A stretch of DNA of 64,000 bases, taken from assembly GCA_951406725.2 (NCBI GenBank), contig OX597837.1:16182001-16246000 (forward strand), given 5' to 3'. This stretch comes from Octopus vulgaris. Lineage: Eukaryota. The notes under the pieces were generated by a model. That model was given only the letters and a program-made list of their open reading frames with translations. It was not told the origin of the DNA and did not search any database. Position 1 is the stretch's first letter. Every line of letters begins with the position of its first letter. Of this stretch, positions 53,040 to 64,000 are shown in pieces. Both the position numbers and the translations under genes were made by a program.

Positions 53040-53600
53040 TGCCCTGAAGAAAAATGGAATCAGTAGCGTTCAGCAAATGGTTATCAACAGAAAGAAATAG
53101 ATTGGAAGGAGAAGTGGTTAGCAAAGTAGAAGTGACGGTTAGTAAGGGCATCACAACAGACATTTTAGCAGCAGGAATGGCATTTGACCATTTCTTCAAG
53201 GTGAATCATGAAGGCTTTGTTGTCAGAGCTAAGGCCTGTGCACTCAAACATGAAGGAACTAAAACCATCCGATGGGCCTGGACAGTGGAGACATGACATG
53301 GCAACAAAACTACAATCAGTCTTCGAGGCACCAGGATGGGCACATGCTACTCAGTTCTGAGATGTGTGTGGCCTTCCAGAAGCACTTCACATGGACAAAG
53401 TTGGACAAAGGGTCAATAACAGCAGCATACTTTATTTCGTACCTGGACAGCCTGCCTCAGCACTCAGCGGCAGACACAAGGTTCTACAAAAGTCTGTGGA
53501 AATACGGAAGGCAATGAACAATTGGATGGTTTTGCCCGATGAATTCTATGAGTTCGTATCAGATTTGTTTGGCAGCCTTGTGGCACACATATCTGTATAT
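53040..53600 (+). mobile_element. Tx1/L1 LINE ORF2 internal fragment
   Basis: HEG..VRAK..ALK.EG.K..RWA; DGH.L...EMC.AFQKHF; YLDSLP; LDG.P.EFY...DLFG. This is the EN-RT linker and the start of RT. Confidence 0.7.
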
Positions 53601-55031
53601 TTCTGCATGTGTGTGCGTGTGTGTGTGTGTGTGTGTGCATGTGTTTACCTCCGGCCCCAAAAAAGAACTGTTGCCAAAACGGTGATTGGATGTTCAGCCA
53701 TGTCAAATCATCAGCCTCTACACATCTGCATCTGATCGTCTCCGGGTTCCAAGCAAGAAAATATTTTCTCTCAACCTGGAGATATTTTCAAGGAAGATTA
53801 CAAACAGACAACATCACTTGTATAACAATAATACGTAGTTTACACTTAGCTCGCAATGTTGAGAGGAAGTGACACAAAGGGTTGGTGCCTTCAATGGGAA
53901 GACTTCCAAGATTGATGGCCAGACACAAGAAGGGGAACCTACAAATCAGGAGTTGCAGTCCACGTTTATATTGAGTTCTTCTCAGACCAAAAACTGGTTC
54001 CAAATATGTGCAACAGGGCATCCTGTGCTAATGCTACCCAAAGACCAACAGACAGATTAACTTAGCTGTTCAGCAAAAGAGATTGACAACGCTTTAAAAA
54101 ATAGGTATTCGGGTTGATTTGTTTGAATAAACCCTTCAAGGAAGTGCCCCAGCATGGCCACAGTCACGATTGAAACATGTAAAAGATAAATTAAGTGTGA
54201 ATTCACATGCGACCTCTTCCCCTCACAGATAGGAGGCGCACTGGCTCGAAGGTTAAACTGCTTGGCTACTGACCCTACAGCAATAAGTTTGAGTCTTTGT
54301 TTTTAGTTAGTGTTTTTTTTTTTTTTTGGTGGCTTTCATCCTCATTTAACATCCATTTTCCATGCTGGCATGGGTTGGACAGTTTGACAGGAGCTAGCAA
54401 GCCAGATAGCTGCACCAGGCTTCACTGTCTGTTTTCGTATGGCTTTTACAGCTGGATGCCTTTCCAGATGCCGACCAACTTACAGAATGGACAGAATGCT
54501 TTTTATGTGGTACCAACACTGACTTGATTTTTACAGCTGTATGCTCTTCATAATGCCAACCACTTTACAGTGTGGACTGGATGCTTTTTACATGGCACAA
54601 GCACTGGTGGGGTCAACAGGTAACTCGTATGACAAAGATCCTTTGTGAAGAGGGAGTTGGAGGAGGTGGCCTTGTGCCAGGTGATGAGAGGTTAGAGAAG
54701 GATATATCATCATCATCATCATTTAGCATCCATTTCCCATGCTGCCATGAGGTGGATATATATTTTTCACAACAAATATTTGGTTTGGAACCAGGAATTC
54801 ATTGCATGATACCCTCCCTTATCTTTTATTAAACTTTTAATACTTTTGATATATATTTATAATAATATAAATTAATTAATTTTATGTATTGGCTTATGTT
54901 TTTCATTGTTTGATTTGCCTAATAGTGGTTTTATCTCTAATTTAATATAATATAATATATTTTACTATAAAATTGGATTTAATCCTAAATCTGATTTTTC
55001 CCTGTAAGTTTGGATTTATTCCCTAATATTT

Positions 55032-55074
<43 letters not shown>

Positions 55075-55077
<3 letters not shown>

Positions 55078-55330
55078 TCATCATCATTTAACGTCCGTTC
55101 TCCATTCTAGCAAGGGTTGGACAGTTCGACTGGGGTCTGTGAAGCCAGAAGGCTGCATCAGGCCCAGTCTGATCTGGCAGTGTTTATACGGCTGGATGCC
55201 CTTCCTAACGCCAACCACTCCGTGAGTGTAGTGGGTGCTTTTTACGTGCCACCTGCACAGGTGCCAGGCAAGGCTGGCAACGGCCACGATCGGATTGGTG
55301 CATTTTATGTGCCACCGGCACAGGGATCAC
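55075..55330 (-). mobile_element. Family D retroposon 3' end
   Basis: Reverse complement of 42900-43110. Confidence 0.8.
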
Positions 55331-55367
55331 AACTGCAGTTTCCATTGATTTTGATGTTGATATTTAA

Positions 55368-55398
<31 letters not shown>

Positions 55399-55434
55399 TG
55401 TATGTATGTATGTATGTATGTGTGTAAGTATACG

Positions 55435-55660
55435 GTGGAGTGGGGTGCTGAAAGGTTCCTGGTTTTAAGGGTATCACAAAAGGCCTGGTTGGAGGCCCAA
55501 CCTTCCAAGCTTTTTTTTACAGAGCTTGGAAAAGCTGAAGGACCGCTGCAATAAATGTGTGTGAATCTGAGAGGGGGAACGTGTTGGATAAAATCATTAT
55601 TAACTGATCCTTCTGTATTTTCGTTTACTCAAAGTCAGGAACTTTTCAGCGATGTCTCAT
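55435..55660. mobile_element. Mariner-derived MITE
   Basis: TIRs gtgctgaaaggttcctggttt and aaagtcaggaacttttcagc. Confidence 0.65.
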
Positions 55661-55662
55661 AA

Positions 55663-55720
<58 letters not shown>

Positions 55721-56012
55721 AGTTAGTTCAGTATATATGCGAAATAAGTTGAGTAAGCCCTACAGGACATAGGAAAATTTATATAGAGAGTACAAATTGA
55801 TTTTAAAAATAGATATTTGTGTGTCTGTATTTGTTCCCCACCATTGCTTGACAATCAATGTTGGTGTGTTTGAGTCCCTGTAACTTAGCGGTTTGGCAAA
55901 AGAGACCAATAGGATAAGTGCTAGGCTTACAAAGAATAAGTTTTGGGATCGATTTGTTTCAACTAAAGGTAGTCATCCATAGAAACCATGCCAAAACAAA
56001 TGATATGTAAAT

Positions 56013-56081
<69 letters not shown>

Positions 56082-56232
56082 TAGATAGATAGATAGATAG
56101 ACATACATAAATATGCATACATACACATACATATATATATATATACTTTCTCACGTTCCTGAGCGTCAAACTAGTACACCTGCTTATTGTTCATATGCCT
56201 GTCTGGGTTTTTTTTTTCCTGTAAATTTCAAC

Positions 56233-56276
<44 letters not shown>

Positions 56277-56926
56277 TAAATAAAACATATGCATATATAT
56301 ATACATATATTACGTACCTACCTCTACATGTATATATACACGCATATATGAGTACAGGACACCAAAAAAACGTCTAACACAATGAGAAACGAAAATATAG
56401 ACACAAACCCAAGGAACTGGACATTTTTCTTAACAAAAAAATAGAGTACAGGACAAATAACACAAGGAAAAACCCCTTCTTCAGTCGCCATGGTTTCATC
56501 TACTCTACGTTTCGAAGGTGAAGGCGAGACATATCTTCGAATAAGAAACTTTCCTTCCTGCGAAAAGCAAATCAAATAAAATTTGAGATCTTTTTGCAGA
56601 GGGGTAAAAATGGTAACAAAAACAGGACAGTAACGACAGTACAAAATATAAGCAGTAAAAGACAGGACAAGGAGAATAACAAGACAAGAAGGGCTGTTAA
56701 GCCGAACGAAAAAAGTATTACGAACGCTAATTTCTGTGGACGGCGAAGGGAGCAAAGAAAATTGCCGTCTACACCTCAAGAAGGTCAGGCGAGAAAGAAG
56801 GTGGCAAGGCTCTCGTTGCAGGGGATGGTGTTTCCATGAAGGAAAAAATATAGGAAAATGTGTTGTTGAAAATGCAAGTAAATTTCAAAAACTCATAAAT
56901 GTTTAAAATACATTTATTTACATAAA

Positions 56927-56968
56927 TACCAAACTAGTTTCAACAATATTTTTTGCTTATCAACGGTA
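56927..56968 (-). ncRNA. Degenerate hammerhead-like motif
   Basis: Minus strand TACCG-TTGATAA-GCAA..TTGT-T-GAAAC-TA-GTT-TGGTA. Confidence 0.4.
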
Positions 56969-57389
56969 AAAGTTTAAAATTATGAATTAGATAAACATCT
57001 TTAAAAGTTTCCATGTTGACAAATTAAAATGTTTCAATGTTGATAAATTAACATGTTCAAAACAGATAAATTTAGCATTGTTAATTAGGAGGACAGATAT
57101 AAGTTTGAATGTTCATAGCTTTCAGTAATATTAAAACTGTATATTAATTTGTTTGAATGTACAAAGTTCATTAATTTTAGTGGTGGTCGACAAGTCATAC
57201 TGAAAAAAACAAAGGTGAAATGAAAATAGTGAAAAAAGGAATTTGGTTTACAGTTTCTCTGATCTTCTTCTAGCAGACGCTTTCGCTTGTAGTGGTATGT
57301 TTTGGAATCAAATGTATTTATAATTTTTTTCTGCAAGCGGATCTAATTTTTGATTTGTTAAAATACTGGTGACGTTTTTTTTTTCCCCT

Positions 57390-58288
57390 GGTCAAGCTTG
57401 TTGAGATCCAGGCTGGAAGAGGGCCAGAAAGCAGCAAAGTTGCAGAAGCTCTGTACCTTCTTGGCAGTAAGGCTGGGAGCACTATCCTGGGTCAACACAT
57501 AGTTGCCCTCCAGGTCGTTGGCCTTGAGCCATGGCAAGACATGGTACCTCAGCGTCTTTTCTCTGGGCTTGTAGAAGTAAATGGACATCTTTCTTCCATC
57601 GGGGGACAACACCAAAGGCTATAGCCTGGGCTGGGTGTTTTGTTCTGAAAGTGCCTCTGACGTCGGCTGTTAATTTCACAATGTATCGGTCGTTTCTGTG
57701 GTTCATAACAGCATCCACTGGGAAGATCTCATCAGAGAAAAATTTCACAGTAGACCCGTTCTTCTTGAAGCATGTGAGAACCTTTTTATGCCTCTCCAGT
57801 CTCTTGGCCTTCATAGGTTCTGTCATCAGGTGTTGGACTAGAGGTCAAAGTCATCATTCACAGCTGTTCTGATGGTCTTGAGGTCCACTTCAAGTTCAGA
57901 AGCCAGCTTCTTCATGGATGTGGTTGGGTCCACTGAAATTTTGGACTTGAGGGAGTTGACAAAGTCTTACTTCTGTTTCATTTTGGTCACATCAATGCCA
58001 GACGTCCTCCGAATGCCGTTGCCCACGTCCATTCTTTTCTTGACATAAATTGTGAGTAAGGATACTCTGACTATGTTTGAGATCCTCTTCGGATCGACTT
58101 GTGCACGGATCAAATCACGTCCTCCTTGGCGTTTGTCTTTCTGCGTAGTCATATTCTGTAATATTCCTGCAAAATAGAGTTTATTATTAGCTGACAATGT
58201 ATTCTTTGTTCTGCTTTGGGTTTCATATCATTTGGTGTCGTGGTTGCTCTAACGTAACTTGTGATTCCTGTTTTTGCTTCCCCACCCT
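57390..58288 (-). mobile_element. Decayed IS630-Tc1-mariner element (third catalytic residue D; maT/DD37D-like)
   Basis: TA followed by CAGGGTGGGAAGC (TIR). KRLER.KK...FFSDE..F.VD...N.RNDR, TKHP, QDSAPS and WPSSSLDLNKLD occur in several frames. Confidence 0.85.
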
Positions 58289-58774
58289 GTATATACATAC
58301 ACGCGCACGCATACATGCATAATATATACATACACACACTCACACATGTACACATACATACATACATACATACATACATACATACATACATACGTTGTCT
58401 GTATGTGTGTGTGCCTTTTGTGTCTGTTAGACGACAACCGTTTGACAACCAGTGTTTGTTTATGTCTCCGTAACTTAGCAGTCTGGCAACAGAAAACCGA
58501 TGGAATATGTACCAAACTTTGAAAAAAAATAAGTACTGGAGTTGATTTTCTCGACTAAACGTGTCAAGGCGGTGCTCCAGCATGGCTGCAGTGCAATGTA
58601 TGAAAGAAATAAAGGCTAAAAGAGAAAACTGAGTGCAATTTATGTGTCTCGAAAATCTGTGGAAAGTGTTTTGCTGTCAACGTTTTATGCAAAAAGTTGT
58701 TCAGCAATGTTTATAACCAAAAACATGTTTCGTGCAAGGCTGTCAAATGAAATGGATAAGCAAGTGTGCTTGTT

Positions 58775-61700
58775 TGAAACTGGTTAGAATTAGGATATTT
58801 GGTAGAGAGAGCCAAGCCAATTTAAACTGGTAGAGAGAGCCAAGCCAATTGAAACTGGTAGAGAGAGCCAAGCCAATTGAAACTGGTAGAGAGAGCCAAG
58901 CCAATTGAAACTGGTAGAGAGAGCCAAGCCAATTGAAACTGGTAGAGAGAGCCAAGCCAATTGAAACTGGTAGAGAGAGCCAAGCCAATTGAAACTGGTA
59001 GAGAGAGCCAAGCCAATTGAAACTGGTAGAGAGAGCCAAGCCAATTGAAACTGGTAGAGAGAAGCCAAGCCAATTGAAACTGGTAGAGAGAGCCAAGCCA
59101 ATTGAAACTGGTAGAGAGAGCCAAGCCAATTGAAACTGGTAGAGAGAGCCAAGCCAATTGAAACTGGTAGAGAGAGCCAAGCCAATTGAAACTGGTAGAG
59201 AGAGCCAAGCCAATTGAAACTGGTAGAGAGAGCCAAGCCAATTGAAACTGGTAGAGAGAGCCAAGCCAATTGAAACTGGTAGAGAGAGCCAAGCCAATTG
59301 AAACTGGTAGAGAGAGCCAAGCCAATTGAAACTGGTAGAGAGAGCCAAGCCAATTGAAACTGGTAGAGAGAGCCAAGCCAATTGAAACTGGTAGAGAGAG
59401 CTGGTAGAGAGAGCAAGCCAATTGAAACTGGTTAGAATTAGGATATTTGAGCCAAGCCAATTGCCAATTGAAACTGGTAGAGAGAGCCAAGCCAATTGAA
59501 ACTGGTAGAGAGAGCTGGTAGAGAGACAAGCCAATTGAAACTGGTAGAGAGAGCCAAGCCAATTGAACTGGTAGAGAGAGCCAAGTCAATTGAAACTGGT
59601 TAGAATTAGGATATTTGGTAGAGAGACCCAAGTCAATTGAAACTGGTAGAGAGAGCCAAGCCAATTGAAACTGGTAGAGAGAGCCAAGTCAATTGAAACT
59701 GGTAGAGAGAGCCAAGCCAATTGAACTGGTTAGAATTAGGATATTTGGTAGAGAGAGCCAAGCCAATTGAAACTGGTAGAGAGAGCCAAACCAATTGAAA
59801 CTGGTAGAGAGAGCCCAATTGCTGGTAAGAATTGAAACTGGTAGAGAGAGCCAAGCCAATTGAAACTGGTAGAGAGAGCCAAGTCCAATTGAAACTGGTA
59901 GAGAGAGCCAAGCCAATTGAAACTGGTAGAGAGAGCCAAGCCAATTGGAACTGGTAGAGAGAGCCAAGCCAATTGGAACTTGGAACTTAGAGATTGGAAC
60001 TGGTTAGAATTAGGATATTTGGTAGAGAGAGCCAAGCCAATTGAAACTGGTAGAGAGAGCCAAGCCAATTGAAACTGGTAGAGAGAGCCAAGCCAATTGA
60101 AACTGGTAGAGAGAGCCAAGCCAATTGAAACTGGTAGAGAGAGCCAAGCCAATTGAAACTGGTAGAGATTGGAACTGGTAGAGAGAGCCAAGCCAATTGG
60201 AACTGGTTAGAATTAGGATATTTGGTAGAGAGAGCCAAGCCAATTGAAACTGGTAGAGAGAGCCAAACCAATTGAAACTGGTAGAGAGAGCCAAGCCAAT
60301 TGAAACTGGTAGAGAGAGCCAAGCCAATTGAAACTGGTAGAGAGAGCCAAGCCAATTGAAACTGGTAGAGAGAGCCAAGCCAATTGAAACTGGTAGAGAG
60401 AGCCAAGCCAATTGGAACTGGTAGAGAGAGCCAAGCCAATTGGAACTGGTTAGAATTAGGATATTTGGTAGAGAGAGCCAAGCCAATTGAAACTGGTAGA
60501 GAGAGCCAAGCCAATTGAAACTGGTAGAGAGAGCCAAGTCAATTGAAACTGGTAGAGAGAGCCAAGTCTGGTAGAGAGAGCCAAGCCAATTGAAACTGGT
60601 AGAGAGAGCCAAGCCAATTGAAACTGGTAGAGAGAGCCAAGCCAATTGAAACTGGTAGAGAGAGCCAAGCCAATTGGAACTGGTAGAATTAGGATATTTG
60701 GTAGAGAGAGCCAAGTCAATTGAAACTGGTCAGAGAGCCAAGCTTTGAAACTGGTAGAGAGAGCCAAGCCAATTGAAACTGGTAGAGAGAGCCAAGCCAA
60801 TTGAAACTGGTAGAGAGAGCCAAGCCAATTGAAACTGGTAGAGAGAGCCAAGCCAATTGAAACTGGTAGAGAGAGCCAAGCCAATTGAAACTGAAACTGT
60901 AGAGAGAGCCAAGCCAATTGAAACTGGTCGAGAGAGCCAAGCCAATTGAAACTGGTAGAGAGAGCCAAGCCAATTGAAACTGGTAGAGAGAGCCAAGCCA
61001 ATTGAAACTGGTAGAGAGAGCCAAGCCAATTGAAACTGGTAGAGAGAGCCAAGCCAATTGAAACTGGTAGAGAGAGCCAAGCCAATTGAAACTGGTAGAG
61101 AGAGCCAAGTCAATTGAAACTGGTAGAGAGAGCCAAGCCAATTGAAACTGGTAGAGAGAGCCAAGCCAATTGAAACTGGTAGAGAGAGCCAAGCCAATTG
61201 AAACTGGTAGAGAGAGCCAAGCCAATTGAAACTGGTAGAGAGAGCCAAGCCAATTGAAACTGGTAGAGAGAGCCAAGCCAATTGAAACTGGTAGAGAGAG
61301 CCAAGAATTGAACTGGTAGACTGGTAGAGAGAGCCAACCAATGAAACTGGTAGAGAGAGCCAAGCCATTGAAACTGGTGAGAACTGGTAGAGAGAGCCAA
61401 GCCAATTGAAACTTGGTAGAGAGAGCCAAGCCAATTGAAACTGGTAGAGAGAGCCAAGCCAATTGGAACTGGTTAGAATTAGGATATTTGGTAGAGAGAG
61501 CCAAGTCAATTGAAACTGGTCGAGAGAGCCAAGCCAATTGAAACTGGTAGAGAGAGCCAAGCCAATTGAAACTGGTAGAGAGAGCCAAGCCAATTGAAAC
61601 TGGTAGAGAGCCAAGCCAATTGAACTGGTTAGAATTAGGATATTTGGTAGAGAGAGCCAAGCCAATTGAAACTGGTAGAGAGAGCCAAGCCAATTGAAAC

Positions 61701-64000
61701 TNNNNNNNNNNNNNNNNNNNNNNNNNNNNNNNNNNNNNNNNNNNNNNNNNNNNNNNNNNNNNNNNNNNNNNNNNNNNNNNNNNNNNNNNNNNNNNNNNNN
61801 NTGGTAGAGAGAGCCAAGCCAATTGAAACTGGTAGAGAGAGCCAAGCCAATTGAAACTGGTAGAGAGAGCCAAGCCAATTGAAACTGGTAGAGAGAGCCA
61901 AGCCAATTGAAACTGGTAGAGAGAGCCAAGCCAATTGAAACTGGTAGAGAGAGCCAAGCCAATTGAAACTGGTAGAGAGAGCCAAGCCAATTGAAACTGG
62001 TAGAGAGAGCCAAGCCAATTGAAACTGGTAGAGAGAGCCAAGCCAATTGAAACTGGTAGAGAGAAAGCCAATTGAAACTGGTAGAGAGAGCCAAGCCAAT
62101 TGAAACTGGTAGAGAGAGCCAAGCCAATTGAAACTGGTAGAGAGAGCCAAGCCAATTGAAACTGGTAGAGCCAAGCCAATTGAAACAAGCCAATTGAAAC
62201 TGGTAGAGAGAGCCAAGCCAATTGAAACTGGTAGAGAGAGCCAAGCCAATTGAAACTGGTAGAGAGCCAAGCCAATTGAAACTGGTAGAGAGAGCCAAGC
62301 CAATTGAAACTGGTAGAGAGAGCCAAGCCAATTGAAACTGGTAGAGAGAGCCAAGCCAATTGAAACTGGTGAGTAGAGCCAAGTCAATTGAAAGAGAGCC
62401 AAGTCAATTGAAACTGGTAGAGAGAGCCAAGCCAATTGAAACTGGTAGAGAGAGCCAAGCCAATTGGAACTGGTAGAGAGAGCCAAGCCAATTGAAACTG
62501 GTTAGAATTAGGATATTTGGTAGAGAGAGCCAAGTCAATTGAAACTGGTCGAGAGAGCCAAGCCAATTGAAACTGGTAGAGAGAGCCAAGTCAATTGAAA
62601 CTGGTAGAGAGAGCCAAGCCAATTGAAACTGGTAGAGAGAGCCAAGCCAATTGAAACTGGTAGAGAGCCAAGCCAATTGAAACTGGTAGAGAGAGCCAAG
62701 CCAATTGGAACTGGTAGAGAGAGCCAAGCCAATTGGAACTGGTTAGAATTAGGATATTTGGTAGAGAGAGCCAAGCCAATTGAAACTGGTAGAGAGAGCC
62801 AAGCCAATTGAAACTGGTAGAGAGAGCCAAGTCAATTGAAACTGGTAGAGAGAGCCAAGTCAATTGAAACTGGTAGAGAGAGCCAAGCCAATTGAAACTG
62901 GTAGAGAGAGCCAAGCCAATTGAAACTGGTAGAGAGAGCCAAGCCAATTGAAACTGGTAGAATTAGGATATTTGGTAGAGAGAGCCAAGCCAATTGAAAC
63001 TGGTAGAGAGAGCCAAGCCAATTGAAACTGGTAGAGAGAGCCAAGTCAATTGAAACTGGTAGAGAGAGCCAAGTCAATTGAAACTGGTTAGAATTAGGAT
63101 ATTTGGTAGAGAGACCCAAGTCAATTGAAACTGGTCGAGAGAGAGCCAAGCCAATTGAAACTGGTAGAGAGAGCCAAGTCAATTGAAACTGGTAGAGAGA
63201 GCCAAGCCAATTGAAACTGGAAGAGAGAGCCAAGCCAATTGAAACTGGTAGAGAGAGCCAAGCCAATTGAAACTGGTAGAGAGAGAGCGAAGTCAATTGA
63301 AACTGGTAGAGAGAGCCAAGCCAATTGAAACTGGTAGAGAGAGCCAAGCCAATTGAAACTGGTAGAGAGAGCCAAGCCAATTGAAACTGGTAGAGAGAGC
63401 CAAATCAATTGAAACTGGTAGAGAGAGCCAAGCCAATTGAAACTGGTAGAGAGAGCCAAGCCAATTGAAACTGGTAGAGAGAGCCAAGCCAATTGAAACT
63501 GGTAGAGAGAGCCAAGCCAATTGGAACTAGTTAGAATTAGGATATTTGGTAGAGAGAGCCAAGTCAATTGAAACTGGTCGAGAGAGCCAAGCCAATTGAA
63601 ACTGGTAGAGAGAGCCAAGCCAATTGAAACTGGTAGAGAGAGCCAAGTCAATTGAAACTGGTCGAGAGAGCCAAGCCAATTGAAACTGGTAGAGAGAGCC
63701 AAGCCAATTGAAACTGGTAGAGAGAGCCAAGCCAATTGAAACTGGTAGAATTAGGATATTGAAACTGGTAGAGAGAGCCAAGCCAATTGAAACTGGTCGA
63801 GAGAGCCAAGCCAATTGAAACTGGTAGAGAGAGCCAAGTCAATTGAAACTGGTAGAGAGAGCCAAGTCAATTGAAACTGGTAGAGAGAGCCAAGCCAATT
63901 GAAACTGGTAGAGAGAGCCAAGCCAATTGAAACTGGTAGAGAGAGCCAAGTCAATTGAAACTGGTAGAGAGAGCCAAGCCAATTGAAACTGGAAGAGAGA
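58775..64000. repeat. 28-bp satellite (GAGAGAGCCAAGCCAATTGAAACTGGTA)n with interspersed 47-bp variant units
   Basis: Period 28 read directly. A recurrent 19-bp-longer unit contains TAGAATTAGGATATT. The array runs off the end of the window. Confidence 0.98.
61702..61801. other. Assembly gap (100 N)
   Basis: Run of exactly 100 n inside the satellite. Confidence 1.

Noticed and set aside
58780-58800. Telomere-like TTAGG in the satellite insert
   Set aside because: It is a single non-tandem occurrence per insert, not a (TTAGGG)n array.
58743-63954. Many long minus-strand ORFs (LSTSFNWLGSLYQFQLAWLSLPVSIGLA repeats)
   Set aside because: The 28-bp unit has no stop in any minus frame and cycles through all three frames, so these are satellite artefacts.
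58775-64000. CRISPR-like array (28-bp repeats with inserts)
   Set aside because: The repeats are contiguous, the insert is always the same sequence, there are no cas genes, and the context is eukaryotic.

Overview
Animal genomic DNA with no prokaryotic features. It is very rich in microsatellites and transposons, and the SINE, LINE and mariner repertoire points to an octopus (inference from recognised repeat families). One intact protein-coding gene is supported: a 4-exon minus-strand PXMP4/PMP24 (peroxisomal membrane protein 4, Tim17/22/23/Pmp24 family) orthologue. Its CDS is 51844-51750, 42817-42755, 39309-39111 and 37988-37731 (615 nt, 204 aa, all introns GT-AG). The rest is tRNA-derived SINEs, decayed LINEs (Tx1/L1, R4/Dong, RTE), Tc1/mariner and hAT relics and MITEs, an 18-bp minisatellite, a 1.7-kb (TTA/TCA)n tract, and a 28-bp satellite of over 5 kb that contains a 100-N gap. 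Three observations stand out. (1) At least seven short, often palindromic elements, mostly beside (TA)n tracts, carry minimal type I hammerhead-ribozyme-like folds resembling Penelope-like or retrozyme elements. (2) About 12 RFX X-box-like motifs with ~26-bp spacing lie just downstream of PXMP4. (3) R4/Dong 3' ends are repeatedly embedded in (TAA)n tracts. Nearly all long ORFs in the supplied track are repeat artefacts. Repeat boundaries were read by eye and are approximate.
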